Assembly (NCBI GenBank): GCA_041746255.1
Contig: JBGTHM010000019.1
Coordinates: 90,107 to 154,106 of the forward strand
DNA from: Fibrobacteria bacterium
GTDB taxonomy: Bacteria; Fibrobacterota; Fibrobacteria; UBA11236
DNA: 64,000 bases
Direction of reading: 5' to 3'
Under the pieces are notes generated by a model. That model was not told the DNA's origin. It ran no database searches and saw only the letters and a program-made list of their open reading frames with translations. Positions 1 to 10,852 of the stretch are shown one piece after another; within the stretch, counting starts at the first letter, position 1, and each line of letters begins with the position of its first letter. The position numbers and the translations under genes are program-made.

Positions 1-835
1 CGTGGCGGGTTAAAAATTCCAGCATGGACAAGGTGGTGGACTCGTCATTGGAGGCCCGCAACAGGCCTGCGTTTCCGGCGAAGTGAAAGGGGTTTCCAAA
101 ATGCAACGCGGTACGCATAAGCCAAGGAGACATGACAACCGCCATGGCCAGAAAAGCGAAGCTCAGGTGGGAAAGCGGCAGGGAATGCGATTTTCGTCGG
201 CGGAAAAAATGCCAGGCGATGGCAGGAGCGAATAGCAGGGCGTTAGGTCGCACCAGATAAAGCAGACCGACTCCGGCTCCAAGCAGCATCCACCAAACGC
301 GCCGGCTTTCGCCGCCGTTTATCGAATGCGCAATCACCGCAACCAAAACCAGTCCGAATAGGCCTTCGGAATAAATTCGGGTATTCCAATGCAATTGATG
401 CAGCGAAAATAATATGAGCAGCAATGAACCCCAAGCGGCATAGCGGCCATAGAGGCGCCGAGTCAGAAAAAACACCGATAAAGCAAAACCATAATAGAGT
501 AGGGTTATAACCCCGAATGCCACGCCAAGCGAGGGACCGGCCGGCCAAAAAGCCCAGGCCAACAGCAGGGTGAGCCCCGGATAGCGGAAATCGTCGGGGC
601 GGGGCAATTGGTAGGGTGTTAACCAATGGTTTTCCAGCCACCGGGTCGTAAAGCCGTTGCCCTGTGCCAGTTCCGCTGCTACGGCTAGCCAGGACCCTTC
701 GTCTCCCTGGGGAAGCCCATAATGGTTGAGCCGCAGCAGTATAAAATGGAGTCCAAGTCCTAAAAGCAATAGGACTCCGGTAATTTCCGCGCCCTGCTTT
801 AGGTGATAGGCGAAGCGATGGCTTAGGGTGTGCAT
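1..835 (-). CDS. GT-C fold membrane glycosyltransferase (ArnT/PMT-like), partial; runs off the window start
   Basis: Manual translation from the ATG at 835, absent from the ORF track because no stop lies in the window: MHTLSHRF...GLPQGDEGSWLAVAAELAQGNGF...DDFRYPGLTLLLA...YSEGLF...GLLYLVRPNALLF...PWLMR. Acidic DE motif after TM1, multiple TMs, and SE and RP motifs typical of GT-C. Confidence 0.75.
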   Translation of the reverse strand, partial: MHTLSHRFAYHLKQGAEITGVLLLLGLGLHFILLRLNHYGLPQGDEGSWLAVAAELAQGNGFTTRWLENHWLTPYQLPRPDDFRYPGLTLLLAWAFWPAGPSLGVAFGVITLLYYGFALSVFFLTRRLYGRYAAWGSLLLILFSLHQLHWNTRIYSEGLFGLVLVAVIAHSINGGESRRVWWMLLGAGVGLLYLVRPNALLFAPAIAWHFFRRRKSHSLPLSHLSFAFLAMAVVMSPWLMRTALHFGNPFHFAGNAGLLRASNDESTTLSMLEFLTRH

Positions 836-848
836 TCCGTTTTCTTTT

Positions 849-1706
849 TCAGACGCTCACCGGCTTGCGGGCAAGAAGAGCGACCATGGTTACGGACATA
901 TCCTTCTCGGAATACGCTTTAAAATCAGGATGCAACTTGGGTTTGACTCGAGCATAAGCCTCCGAATCCCTACCCAACGGTTTTAGGACTATGGATTCGA
1001 ATCCCACTTTGCGGCAAAGTTCTTCATAGTCCAAAATACGCAGACGGTTATGGTATCCGCGCCCTCCTTTCAGGGAGGTCAGGTATTTTTCCCAAACCCG
1101 TCGCGAAAAAGTGAGCATCTCGAAGGGATAGCGGAAATAATGATCACGCAAGTCGATGATATGCAGCATATAACCGCCTTCGCGTAACACCCGCCGACAC
1201 TCATCGAAAACCTCAGACATATTCGGAACGAATTGCAAAACCAGCGAAGACAGCACCAAATTCTGAGAGGAATCCGGGCAGGGAAGCTTGTCGGCCATAC
1301 CGGCATACAGATGGACTTTTTCCGGTTTAAAACCGTCGTCCCCGATAATCTCCTCCAAATCCGGTGCATTCGGAATGGCTTCCGGTCCGTGGTCCCAAAA
1401 ATATTGCATGCGCTGCTTCAGCTTAAGGGGCTGCAAATCACGCACGAAAGGTTCTTGCAAGTGGACTTTCCGGACTCCTAACTTGAACAGTAGCGCCGAA
1501 AATGGATTGTAAGTGCCCGGGCCGATTTCCAAAACTTTAGCGCCAGTTAAAGGGATGTCCTGCTCCTGTAATATCCGCGCGTAAAGCCAGGCATCGTCCC
1601 CGATTGTTTCCGGCGTGGTCTTATCGCGCGATGCCAAGGCATAAGTCAGTCCCGGAGGAACCCACCGACGGAGAAAACGATAGGCGATATAGCGCAAATT
1701 GGCCAA
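849..1706 (-). CDS. Class I SAM-dependent methyltransferase
   Basis: VLEIGPG motif I; LPCPDSSQNLVLSSLVLQFV; RVLREGG; DLRDHY. Confidence 0.85.
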   Translation of the reverse strand: MANLRYIAYRFLRRWVPPGLTYALASRDKTTPETIGDDAWLYARILQEQDIPLTGAKVLEIGPGTYNPFSALLFKLGVRKVHLQEPFVRDLQPLKLKQRMQYFWDHGPEAIPNAPDLEEIIGDDGFKPEKVHLYAGMADKLPCPDSSQNLVLSSLVLQFVPNMSEVFDECRRVLREGGYMLHIIDLRDHYFRYPFEMLTFSRRVWEKYLTSLKGGRGYHNRLRILDYEELCRKVGFESIVLKPLGRDSEAYARVKPKLHPDFKAYSEKDMSVTMVALLARKPVSV

Positions 1707-1849
1707 TGATTGACCTTTCAGACCCCGGGAAAGAGCCGGGAATCCGTATGGCTACCATACCATTTCGGGACAGGTCGTGGCCAGAAGGAATACTCCACCA
1801 GAGGGATTGGCAATTCAGACCCAAAGTGTGAAATAATGGAAGCAACTTC

Positions 1850-2794
1850 ATGCGAAAATCCACCGATATAACTACGGGACCTTCCGAATCGTTACCCGAT
1901 ACCGTGAGAAGACCGCAATTAGATGCAGAACGGGTCGAAAAGGTCCTCAATCGAGTGCCGGGCTCTTTGACAATCGTTATACCGGTGTTCAACGAAGCCG
2001 AAGCCCTCCCGGACTTTGATCGAAGTTTACGCTCCGCCCTCAATGAAGCCGGTTTCGATTGCCGGGTGCTTTATGTCGATGACGGATCCACGGATGCTTC
2101 CAGTCGAATATTAGCGGGCCTAGGAGCGGAATCACTTCGTCTCGAACGGAATCGCGGATACGGAGCCGCCATCAAAATCGGAATCCGTAAATCCGAAAGC
2201 GACTATGTCGCGATAATTGACGCGGACAGTACTTACAATCCTCGCGATTTGACCCGTCTCTTTTTGCAAATGGATGGTTGTGATATGATCATCGGTCTGC
2301 GTCCCCCCGAAAAAGGGCTGCGTCGCCTGGCCAAGGGTTTTCTGCAGTCCATCGCTTCCTATGCCGTCGAATACCCGATACCCGACATTAACTCCGGACT
2401 TCGGATATTCCGCCGGAGCCTGGCCCTGGATTTATACCGCCTTCTCCCCAACGGTTTTTCATTGACCAGCACCATCACGCTCGGGGCGCTTTATGTCCCT
2501 TACATCGTGCGCTACGTTCCTATTGAGTACCTTCCCCGCGTCGGCAATTCGAAAATCCGTAAGGTAAAAGCCCTGATGAATTTTACCATGCTCATTCTGC
2601 GTACCATGGTGCTTTTCAACCCTCTAAAATTCTTCCTCCCCACCAGCGCCGGATTTTTTATGGTGGGAACAGTTTTCCTCGTGCGCGACATTCTCGCTTA
2701 TAATATCGCCCAAACTTCCATATTACTGATTACCAACTCCTTTATTTTGTTCGCCATCGGGTTATTGGCCGAAGCCATTCGTTGCCGGGAGTGA
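1850..2794 (+). CDS. GT2 glycosyltransferase, polyprenol-phosphate glycosyltransferase-like, with C-terminal TM helices
   Basis: IVIPVFNE, VDDGSTD, NRGYGAAIKIG, IDADSTY, DINSGLRIFRR; two C-terminal hydrophobic helices. Confidence 0.9.
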   Translation: MRKSTDITTGPSESLPDTVRRPQLDAERVEKVLNRVPGSLTIVIPVFNEAEALPDFDRSLRSALNEAGFDCRVLYVDDGSTDASSRILAGLGAESLRLERNRGYGAAIKIGIRKSESDYVAIIDADSTYNPRDLTRLFLQMDGCDMIIGLRPPEKGLRRLAKGFLQSIASYAVEYPIPDINSGLRIFRRSLALDLYRLLPNGFSLTSTITLGALYVPYIVRYVPIEYLPRVGNSKIRKVKALMNFTMLILRTMVLFNPLKFFLPTSAGFFMVGTVFLVRDILAYNIAQTSILLITNSFILFAIGLLAEAIRCRE

Positions 2795-2798
2795 GGAT

Positions 2799-3824
2799 AT
2801 GGTGGCTCTTGGCGATGCCGTTCCGAAATTCTCCCCCAAATCCCTGCTACTAACCATCGATACCGAAGCCGATAATCCCGAATGGGGCCGTGCCGGTGCT
2901 GCAAATACCAGCCATGTCAATCTGAAGGCCTTGCCCCGGTTTTTCCAAACCGTGAAGGAATTGGGTATACGACCCACCTTTTTCGTCACCCATTCCGTGC
3001 TGGAAGAGAAGGATTTCGCCTCTCGCATCGACCCCTTTCTGCAAGTGGGAGCCGAAATAGGCGCGCATTTACATGTCGAGGAAACTCCGCCATTCGGTCC
3101 TTGGGACGCCAAAGCGGAGGGAAGTCCCTTGCCGCTTAGCGATGAAATTCTGGAGGAAAAATTCTTCGCTCTCCATAACGCCATCACCGAAAATTTCGGC
3201 TCACCCCTTTCATTCCGATCGGGTCGGTGGATTTTGGATGGCCGCTTGGTGAAGTTGCTGGAAAAATACCATTACCGTGTTGACTCCTCGGTTACTCCGG
3301 GGATCTCTTGGCGTTTACTGGGGCGTCCCGATTACCTTACCTGCCCTTTGGGCGCCTATCGACTAAAGGGAGGGGGGGCCCCTCTAGACGTCGACTCCTC
3401 GCTTTGGGAGGTCCCGGTCACCATTTGGCAGCCCCATCGTTTCAATTCTTTTCCGGGAGGTCTTTTACTAGGGCAGTTTTTAAGCATGCCCCTGCATTCC
3501 CGTACTTCCCTGACCGCAAGCATTCTGCGCACGCTTAGGCCGCGGGCCATAACCCCCCTTTGGCTTCGCCCGGCCTTTGTTTCTTCCGAGGATATGCGGG
3601 AGGCGGCTCTGGGAGCATCCGCGCACTCGGACTACGCCCATATCATGCTGCATTCCAGCGAATTATTTCCGGGAACTTCGCCTTACGCTTCCACTTCCGG
3701 CGAGGTGGACCGGGTTTTCCATCGTTTGGAAAAAATCTGCCGCGATCTACTTGAACGTGGATACCAACCGCGTACCCTAGGCGATTATGCCTCCCGCCTT
3801 TTTACTTCCCCCGTTACCTTGTAA
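2799..3824 (+). CDS. Polysaccharide deacetylase family protein (CE4, WalW-like)
   Basis: TIDTEAD, PTFFVT, EIGAHLH, SFRSGRW, DSSVTPG, LHSSEL motifs. Confidence 0.8.
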   Translation: MVALGDAVPKFSPKSLLLTIDTEADNPEWGRAGAANTSHVNLKALPRFFQTVKELGIRPTFFVTHSVLEEKDFASRIDPFLQVGAEIGAHLHVEETPPFGPWDAKAEGSPLPLSDEILEEKFFALHNAITENFGSPLSFRSGRWILDGRLVKLLEKYHYRVDSSVTPGISWRLLGRPDYLTCPLGAYRLKGGGAPLDVDSSLWEVPVTIWQPHRFNSFPGGLLLGQFLSMPLHSRTSLTASILRTLRPRAITPLWLRPAFVSSEDMREAALGASAHSDYAHIMLHSSELFPGTSPYASTSGEVDRVFHRLEKICRDLLERGYQPRTLGDYASRLFTSPVTL

Positions 3825-3879
3825 AGGTTTTATTAAGGGATAGGGGCTCGATTTTGAGCTTAATCCACGAGGTGGGAAA

Positions 3880-4329
3880 ATGGAAATCTACGAATACCTG
3901 CATAAGGACCACGAAAAGGTAAAAGCCCTGTTTCAGGAATTATCGGAAACCACGGATCGTCAGGTAAGACGGCGGCAGGACCTATTCGAAACGTTGAAGC
4001 TTGAACTGGATGCGCATTCGAAAGGAGAAGAGAAATTTTTCTACAAGCGTTTGAAGGATTCCGAGGAAGCCGGTGACCAGGTTCTGGAATCCATTGAAGA
4101 GCATCATGTCATAGACAAACTGTTGAAAGAATTGGACAAAATGGAGAAATCACACGAATCCTGGTTGGCTAAACTCAAGGTTTTGCAGGAAAATGTGGAA
4201 CATCACGTTGAGGAAGAAGAGGGTGAGCTTTTTCCCCAGGCGAAAAAGGTGATTGATTCGAAAGAGGGCGACGAAATCCTGGAGAAAATCGAGTCCTTCA
4301 AAGAATCTCAAATAGCTTTCCGAAAATAG
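3880..4329 (+). CDS. Hemerythrin HHE-domain protein
   Basis: DHEKV...AHSKGEEKFFY...EEHHVI...HHVEEEE; RBS GAGGTGG upstream. Confidence 0.9.
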   Translation: MEIYEYLHKDHEKVKALFQELSETTDRQVRRRQDLFETLKLELDAHSKGEEKFFYKRLKDSEEAGDQVLESIEEHHVIDKLLKELDKMEKSHESWLAKLKVLQENVEHHVEEEEGELFPQAKKVIDSKEGDEILEKIESFKESQIAFRK

Positions 4330-4398
4330 GGAAAAAGGTGAGCGCAAAGCGGAGTCGCCATAGCGTCGGTACCCGTGAACTCTGGGGATTTGCTTGGG

Positions 4399-6642
4399 TC
4401 AATCCTCCCGGGTGGGGACGGAGAAATAAATAGTGGCGCCTTTATCCACCGCGCCCTCCGCCCATATTCGGCCCCCGTGTTTGTGGATAATCCGTTGGGC
4501 CGTGGCAAGCCCGATTCCCGTTCCCGGAAACTCGCTGTCATGGTGCAGCCTTTGGAATGCGCCGAACAGTCTATAAGAGTATTCCATGTCGAATCCAGCC
4601 CCATTGTCGCGGAGATAAAAGGTCGGGCGTCCTTCCACTACCGTGCTACCCAGTTCGATTTCGGCCGGGTCCCTTCCACGCGTGAACTTCCATGCGTTTT
4701 CCAAAAGGTTGCGCAATACTTCTTCCAGCAGCCGTACGTCGCCTTCGATGGATAAGCCCGGTTCAATATGTGTCTGAACGGGCTTATCGGGGTCTTCCCG
4801 CCGCATTTCCTCGAGAATGTTCTCCGCGGCCTTACTTAAATCCATGCGATCGCGGCTGAGCTCGGCCCGTGTAAGCCGAGAGAGGTTGAGTAGTGCGTTT
4901 ATCAAGGACCCCATTCTCTCGGCCGCGGCGCGAATTCGGCGCAAATAATCCTGGCCTTGGGCGTCCATCACCCGTTCATAGCGCGAAGTGAGTACCTGAC
5001 TGAATCCCTCGATACTGCGCAAGGGAGCGCGCAGGTCATGGGATACCGAATAGCTAAAGGCCTCGAGTTCATTATTGGTAAGTTTGAGCAGGCGGCTTTG
5101 TTCCTCGATTTCCGCATTCATGATCTGGGTTACGGCAAGCCTTCGTGACGCCACCCGGCCTAGATATACCGCTAATGTGAGCAAAAACCCCATTAGCAAG
5201 CCCGCGATAAGTACGACTGTGGGCAGGGGAGAGGTAATGGACTGAATCGCGCTTCTCCGGGGCCAAACCGTTATGCTCCATATGTTTCCGCCCAGCGAAT
5301 AATTGCCCCTGGCGGCATACCTGCTTTTCCCCTCCTGTGGAAGGGCGCTGGCAAAAAGCAAGCCTCTTTCGGCGCCGATGGCTACTTGGTAGTCGAGGTT
5401 GAAAATATTCTTGAAAACGGAGCCGAAAAATTCATCGGCATTAAGATTCGCAAAATAAAAGCCGGCGGGGGCTCCCTCTCCACCGATAGGTGTCAGCAAA
5501 TGAAATTGGGAGGAGGCGCCGGCAACGAAAGTAGAGCCTCCGAGACTGGTTTTCCCCTTCGATAAAGCTTCCCGGCGAAGTTCGTCGGGAATGAGAGAGC
5601 TTGCGAATCCGGAAGAAACCGAGGCGTCTTCGGATTCGAAAGCGGATATGGTTTTAGTAATAACACCGTTGGTTTCGGCCCGATGGATAAATAGAAATTC
5701 GGGAAAGTCTTGGACATAAAGTCGGGCGTCACCTTCCCAACCTGTAGGCGAAATGTCTTCCGAATTCGAAATGTTGGAAGCAACTCCATTCCGAGGTAAC
5801 CAACGAGCTGCCATGCGTTCCATGGCGGAGGTGCGTGCGCTGAGGGCCGAGTGCAATTCGACCGTCACGGCGTTTAGCATGGTTCGACTCAGTCGGCGTA
5901 TCTGCTCGCGCTCGTGGGCGAGCAGTGCCTGCCACAAGACCAAGGAAAGCACCGATACGCCCAGGAAGAGCGGCATGAGAAAAACATCGCTTGCGTCTCT
6001 TTCCTCCATTTTTGCGGCATCAAGAAAACTTCTCACTAAAAGTGTGGCGCCTAAAATCGAGAGCGCCAGAGAGTTGAACAGGGACAAGCGGGCAAAATCG
6101 GCCCATCCAAACACATCCTCGATTCCAATCAAATAACCTAGGAAGGCTGCCATACCCACCGCGGCCACCAGCGAACCGCACAGGGCAATGAATTGGGGGA
6201 ATTTTCTGCCACGCTTGTCGGCAACCCACAACGCCACCCCGGCCACCATAAGGCTTAAGGAAGTATTAGGGGGCATGATAAGGTCTATTCGCCTTTCAGC
6301 CAACCTATTGGTCAATTCCCATGAAGTCGGGTCGAATCCGAATAGGTAATGGAGAAATGAGGGTAACAGAGTGATGCCGACCATGCCCACGCAGACGCGG
6401 GACAATTGCGGCCGGTTCAAGCTGGAAAAAACCAGCGCCCATCCCATAAAGCTGAAGGCCAAAGCCTTGGCCATTACCCGGAAATTATAGGGCCCGCCTA
6501 AATTCAAAGGGGTATCGGGTCCGAAGACCCAACCCATTACGGCGACTATCCCGAGTGCGGTAAGCACTAAACCTGTGACGAGGGGTAAATATTGGATTAC
6601 CCTGTTTCCCCGGTTCCGGGTTTTATCCGGGAAGGTTTCCAT
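4399..6642 (-). CDS. Membrane sensor histidine kinase (multi-TM plus periplasmic sensor, HisKA, HATPase)
   Basis: FSYSVSHDLRAPLRSI H-box; NLLENAWKFT; DNGAGFD; GTGIGLA. Confidence 0.92.
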   Translation of the reverse strand: METFPDKTRNRGNRVIQYLPLVTGLVLTALGIVAVMGWVFGPDTPLNLGGPYNFRVMAKALAFSFMGWALVFSSLNRPQLSRVCVGMVGITLLPSFLHYLFGFDPTSWELTNRLAERRIDLIMPPNTSLSLMVAGVALWVADKRGRKFPQFIALCGSLVAAVGMAAFLGYLIGIEDVFGWADFARLSLFNSLALSILGATLLVRSFLDAAKMEERDASDVFLMPLFLGVSVLSLVLWQALLAHEREQIRRLSRTMLNAVTVELHSALSARTSAMERMAARWLPRNGVASNISNSEDISPTGWEGDARLYVQDFPEFLFIHRAETNGVITKTISAFESEDASVSSGFASSLIPDELRREALSKGKTSLGGSTFVAGASSQFHLLTPIGGEGAPAGFYFANLNADEFFGSVFKNIFNLDYQVAIGAERGLLFASALPQEGKSRYAARGNYSLGGNIWSITVWPRRSAIQSITSPLPTVVLIAGLLMGFLLTLAVYLGRVASRRLAVTQIMNAEIEEQSRLLKLTNNELEAFSYSVSHDLRAPLRSIEGFSQVLTSRYERVMDAQGQDYLRRIRAAAERMGSLINALLNLSRLTRAELSRDRMDLSKAAENILEEMRREDPDKPVQTHIEPGLSIEGDVRLLEEVLRNLLENAWKFTRGRDPAEIELGSTVVEGRPTFYLRDNGAGFDMEYSYRLFGAFQRLHHDSEFPGTGIGLATAQRIIHKHGGRIWAEGAVDKGATIYFSVPTRED

Positions 6643-8612
6643 CAGGAGCCGCCGGTTTGTTGCGTTCCAAGGTCAAGGGTTTCGCGGATAAGTTTTACCA
6701 ACTTATGCGCGGAAAACGGCTTTTGCAAAAACTGGGCGGTGGTATGCAGGAGACCATGCCGAAGAATAGCGTCGTCGGTGTAGCCGGACATGAAAATCAC
6801 CCGCGTATCGGGAGAAAGCCGCAACACCTCCTCCGCCAACAACCGACCGTTCATGCGGGGCATGACGACGTCCGTCAATAGCAGGTGCAAGGGGCCTGCA
6901 AATTCTTCCAATACCTGCAGCGCCTGGTTCCCGTCCGCGGCTTCCAGCACGGTGTAACCGTTCATCTCCAATACCTTCCGAGTGAACTGCCTGACCGCAG
7001 CCTCGTCTTCGACCAGAAGCAGGGTTTCGTCACCGCGGCCATTGGTGGCCATGGCGCCGCTGGATCCTCCCATTTCGGTCGCTTCCCCGAGATCGAAGGG
7101 CAGATATATTTTAAATGTGGTACCGATGCCGGGTTCACTGTACACGAAGATATGTCCGCCACTTTGCGACACGATGCCGTCCACCATCGACAGCCCCAGG
7201 CCTGAACCCTGTCCTACGGCTTTGGTGGTGAAAAAGGGTTCGAAAATGCGCTCGCGAATGGAGCTGTCCATGCCCGGACCGGTATCCGACACGGTGAGTT
7301 GTACATAATCCCCTCGGAGTACGGCCGGGTGTTTCCGGATACAGGCTTTATCCAATCGAACTGAAGCCGTTTCCAGGATGATGGTGCCGCCTTCGGGCAT
7401 GGCATCGCGGGCGTTGACGACCAGATTCAAGACTACTTGCTGTAACTGCCCGGGGTCGGCTTTGATAGGCCCGATTTCCGGGTGGAGGTTCATGCGCAAA
7501 TCGATGTCCTCGCCGATGAGGCGGGTCAGCAGATTTTGCATTTCGGAAAGAACTTCGTTGAGGTTGAGCCGCTTGGGAGCCATCACTTGTTTGCGGCTAT
7601 AAGCAAGAAGTTGTTGGGTCAAAGCCGCAGCTCTTTCCCCGGCTTTGTTGATTTCATGCAAGGAGTTATGCAGGAAGTGATCGGATTCGATTTGTTCCAG
7701 GGCCAGGGAGCTGTAGCCGTTAATGGCGGTAAGCAGGTTGTTGAAATCGTGCGCGATGCCACCTGCGAGTTTGCCGATGGCTTCCATCTTCTGGGATTGC
7801 CGCAGTTGTTCTTCGCTTTTCTGTAAAGCCGCCTCGGTTTTTTTCAGCCGGCTCATGTCCAGTATGAAACCGATGAACTTTCTTTCCTCGCCTTCCGCGA
7901 GCATGGATCCGCCAACCACGCAGTGCAAGAGGGCGCCGTCCTTTCGGACCAAGTCCTTCTCAACGGGCTGGAGCTTCGATGTTTTTTGCAATTCGAGCAA
8001 GGTGTCGTCGCTTAAAAAACTTTCGCCGGGATTCACCAACCGGGACCAATGCAATTTTCCCTGGTCGAGATCGGATTGGTCATAGCCCAGCATGTCGGAA
8101 AAGGTGGCGTTGATTTCGAGTAGACGGCCTTGTTCATCGGCGTAAAAAATGCCGATGAGATGCGACTCGAGCAGGAGCCGCACTTGGGCCCGGCTTTTTT
8201 CCAATTCCTTTTCCGCTTCGCGGCGGGCGCCCCTTTCCATCGCTTCGCGAAGCTCGCGCGCGAGGGCGGGTGCGAGGCGGGCCAGGTTGTTTTTGCTGCA
8301 AAAATCATGGGCTCCGGCCTTCATGGTCCGCACGGCGATCTCCTCGGTGACCGCCCCCGAAACCACGATAAAGGGCAGGTCCAACCCTTTTTTGCGCATA
8401 ACGGACAGAACGGCCGGCGCATCGAATTCCGGCAGGTTGTAATCACAAATGACGGCGTCCCACGAAGTGCGCTCGATGGCTTTACGGAAATCACTCAAAC
8501 GTTCCACGCGCACCCATTCCGGAGCGAAATCCGCCTGGCGTAACTCTTCCAATACCAGGAGAGTATCGTCCTCGGAATCCTCAATGAACAGAATTTTAAT
8601 CGGAATGGACAT
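6642..8612 (-). CDS. Hybrid histidine kinase (REC-PAS-HisKA-HATPase-REC)
   Basis: N-terminal receiver (IEDSEDD...CDYNLP); [21 protein letters not shown]-terminal receiver (LLTDVVMP...KPF). Confidence 0.93.
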   Translation of the reverse strand: MSIPIKILFIEDSEDDTLLVLEELRQADFAPEWVRVERLSDFRKAIERTSWDAVICDYNLPEFDAPAVLSVMRKKGLDLPFIVVSGAVTEEIAVRTMKAGAHDFCSKNNLARLAPALARELREAMERGARREAEKELEKSRAQVRLLLESHLIGIFYADEQGRLLEINATFSDMLGYDQSDLDQGKLHWSRLVNPGESFLSDDTLLELQKTSKLQPVEKDLVRKDGALLHCVVGGSMLAEGEERKFIGFILDMSRLKKTEAALQKSEEQLRQSQKMEAIGKLAGGIAHDFNNLLTAINGYSSLALEQIESDHFLHNSLHEINKAGERAAALTQQLLAYSRKQVMAPKRLNLNEVLSEMQNLLTRLIGEDIDLRMNLHPEIGPIKADPGQLQQVVLNLVVNARDAMPEGGTIILETASVRLDKACIRKHPAVLRGDYVQLTVSDTGPGMDSSIRERIFEPFFTTKAVGQGSGLGLSMVDGIVSQSGGHIFVYSEPGIGTTFKIYLPFDLGEATEMGGSSGAMATNGRGDETLLLVEDEAAVRQFTRKVLEMNGYTVLEAADGNQALQVLEEFAGPLHLLLTDVVMPRMNGRLLAEEVLRLSPDTRVIFMSGYTDDAILRHGLLHTTAQFLQKPFSAHKLVKLIRETLDLGTQQTGGS

Positions 8613-8680
8613 AGTTGATTAATATAAAATGTCGGATGGATTTAGGCTTCCGAATCGACTTCACTGGTTATGGCGAGAGA

Positions 8681-9784
8681 TTAGGGAGAGGTTTCCGGTT
8701 CCAGCAGGTATCGGTAGGTTCCGATTTCTCGGCGAAGCTCGGGATTATCGGGGGCGGCTGTCAAGGCGCTTTCCAGCACGTCCACTGAGCGGGCCGTCCA
8801 TCCTTGTTGATGGTATTCGTATGCCATATTCCTCAGCCCTTCTAAACCCTCTCGATTTCCAGTGCGTAAAGCTTGTAAGTATGCGCTTTGCGCGCGGTCC
8901 CACCATTTGGAATCAAATGCCAGATTGCCCAGAAAAATTGCCGCATCGGCATAATCCGGTTTCAGGGCCAGGGCTATTTGCAATTGCTCCATGGCCAAAA
9001 AGGGTTTGTCGTCCAGAACAAGGGCGTCCGCCAATTTATAGAGCGACTCCGGATCGTCGGGCCGCCTCGCCAGTCCCTCACGGTAGGCGGCCGCAGCCTC
9101 CTCGAAACGGTTCTCCGCCCGAAACAGGTCGCCGATATAAAACAGGAAATCGACTTCGTCGGGATGGCGTGCCAGGGCCTCGCGTACCAGTTGGACGGCC
9201 TTGTCCGATTCTTTAAGGGAGGCATGGACTTCCGCTTGCTGGTACACCAAGGCGAGATCCTCCGGATCGAGAGCGCGCGCTTTTTCCAGCGCTCTGAGGG
9301 CGCCTACGGGATCCCGGGTACGGACATGGGCGTCGGCCAGGTAAATCCAGGCATCCACGTTTTCCGGATCCAGACGTAGGCCACGGCGATAACTAGCGAT
9401 GGATTCGCCGTATTGGCCCAGCCGGAAAAGTACACTTGCCAGGTTGAACAGGGAAGGAGCATGGCTGCCCTCTCCGCTGCGAACCGCCTTGCGAAAGGCC
9501 GCCGCGGCTTCGGGAAATCGGTTCAATTGATAAAGGCAATTGCCCACGTTGAAGGCTACCAGGGCGGTGTTGGCGCCACGTTCCTCCGCTTTGCGATAGA
9601 GAATCAGGGCCTTTTGGTACTCGCCTTGTTGGTAAAAACGATTACCCTGCTCAACCAGAGCTTCCGGGGCCTGCACGGCGGGAGCGGCCAAGCGGGTGGA
9701 AGTCGGATCGGCAATGCCGGGGCAAAGAGCCGCCGCCACCAGAAGGGTGAAGATCATCCATTTACCCACCAAAGCGTACCTCAA
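8681..9784 (-). CDS. Exported TPR-repeat protein of the TonB operon (TtpD-like position)
   Basis: Signal peptide; repeated TPR units (ALVEQGNRFYQQGEYQKA, FNLASVLFRLGQYGES). Confidence 0.85.
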   Translation of the reverse strand: MRYALVGKWMIFTLLVAAALCPGIADPTSTRLAAPAVQAPEALVEQGNRFYQQGEYQKALILYRKAEERGANTALVAFNVGNCLYQLNRFPEAAAAFRKAVRSGEGSHAPSLFNLASVLFRLGQYGESIASYRRGLRLDPENVDAWIYLADAHVRTRDPVGALRALEKARALDPEDLALVYQQAEVHASLKESDKAVQLVREALARHPDEVDFLFYIGDLFRAENRFEEAAAAYREGLARRPDDPESLYKLADALVLDDKPFLAMEQLQIALALKPDYADAAIFLGNLAFDSKWWDRAQSAYLQALRTGNREGLEGLRNMAYEYHQQGWTARSVDVLESALTAAPDNPELRREIGTYRYLLEPETSP

Positions 9785-10382
9785 AGGGTTGTTCCATACC
9801 GCAAAATGCCACTGCTGTTCCGCCTTTGCGCGCCGGACGGAACAAGGCTTCCCGAAGCGCCTCGCGGCCGGCCTCGGCTAATCCTAAACCGGTAGGCCTT
9901 TCCTCCACAACGCGTAAATCATAGGGACGACCCGCAACATCCACACAAAACGAGAGTACGACCAGGGCGTCTCTTTCGGCTGCCTGCAATTCGGCGGGAA
10001 TTCGCAAGGAAATCCGATTTTGGGCTTCAGGCAAATCGTCGACGCCTCCCTGGCTGCCCACGCCGCCAGTGCCGGAACGGTTGGCGGTTTGCATAGGGAC
10101 GAGCGCGCCCCCAGCGCCGCCCACGCCCAAATCCATGGCGAAACGCGGACCCGACGGTGTGCGGGTGGTAACGGGCTTAGGCCTTTGTGGGCGTTTAATT
10201 TCGCGCCGGGGCTGCTCCTTGGGTTTAGCGATGTCCATTTTTTTGACTTCGGCGCGGGCTACGATACGAATTTCATCTTTATCTCCCGTCCCGGTTTTAA
10301 GCGTCATATTCAATAGGGGAATGCTCAAGATGAGCAGGGCGCTGAGGAAAGCGGCGCCAAGGGCGATGAGCAACTTACTCAT
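9762..10382 (-). CDS. tonB: Energy transducer TonB
   Basis: N-terminal TM; Pro/Lys-rich linker; C-terminal TonB_C-like (VVLSFCVDVAGRP...FRPARKGG); downstream of exbD. Confidence 0.8.
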   Translation of the reverse strand: MSKLLIALGAAFLSALLILSIPLLNMTLKTGTGDKDEIRIVARAEVKKMDIAKPKEQPRREIKRPQRPKPVTTRTPSGPRFAMDLGVGGAGGALVPMQTANRSGTGGVGSQGGVDDLPEAQNRISLRIPAELQAAERDALVVLSFCVDVAGRPYDLRVVEERPTGLGLAEAGREALREALFRPARKGGTAVAFCGMEQPFEVRFGG

Positions 10383-10434
10383 CGAACCGTCTCCCAGCCG
10401 AAAATGTGTCGAGGAGGGTTTATTGATATCACCA

Positions 10435-10842
10435 TCACTCCGCCAATGCCGCCACGGAAACTTTTTTCGCTCCGGCCAGATTGCAAATGTCCATGACCTT
10501 GACCAAGACCCCGGTTTGCGAGCGTCTGTCCGCCATCAGGATGACGTCGCGCTCGGGATTGGCTCTAAGCATGCGCTCCAATACATCTTTGAGTCCGGCG
10601 GGATCGATTTGACGTTCGTTCAGATGCAGGGTGCCTTCGCGGGTAATCGCGATGAGGATATTTTCCGATTTCAGGGACTGCGCTGATTGGGCTTGCGGCT
10701 TTTCCACGTCCACGCCGGTTTCCTGAGTGAAGGTGGAGGTGACTACGAAGAAAATGAGCAGGATGAACACCATGTCCATGAGCGGAGCGATATCCACACT
10801 CGGAGCCGCCTTTTTTTTGGGAGGTATAATGAAGGTTTCCAT
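10435..10842 (-). CDS. exbD: Biopolymer transport protein ExbD
   Basis: DIAPLMDMVFILLIFFVVT; ADRRSQTGVLVKVMD. Confidence 0.95.
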   Translation of the reverse strand: METFIIPPKKKAAPSVDIAPLMDMVFILLIFFVVTSTFTQETGVDVEKPQAQSAQSLKSENILIAITREGTLHLNERQIDPAGLKDVLERMLRANPERDVILMADRRSQTGVLVKVMDICNLAGAKKVSVAALAE

Positions 10843-10852
10843 GAAAATTTCC

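Noticed and set aside
243..641. 132-aa ORF in the ORF track
   Set aside because: Alternative frame overlapping the longer GT-C reading frame 1..835, which has recognisable motifs.
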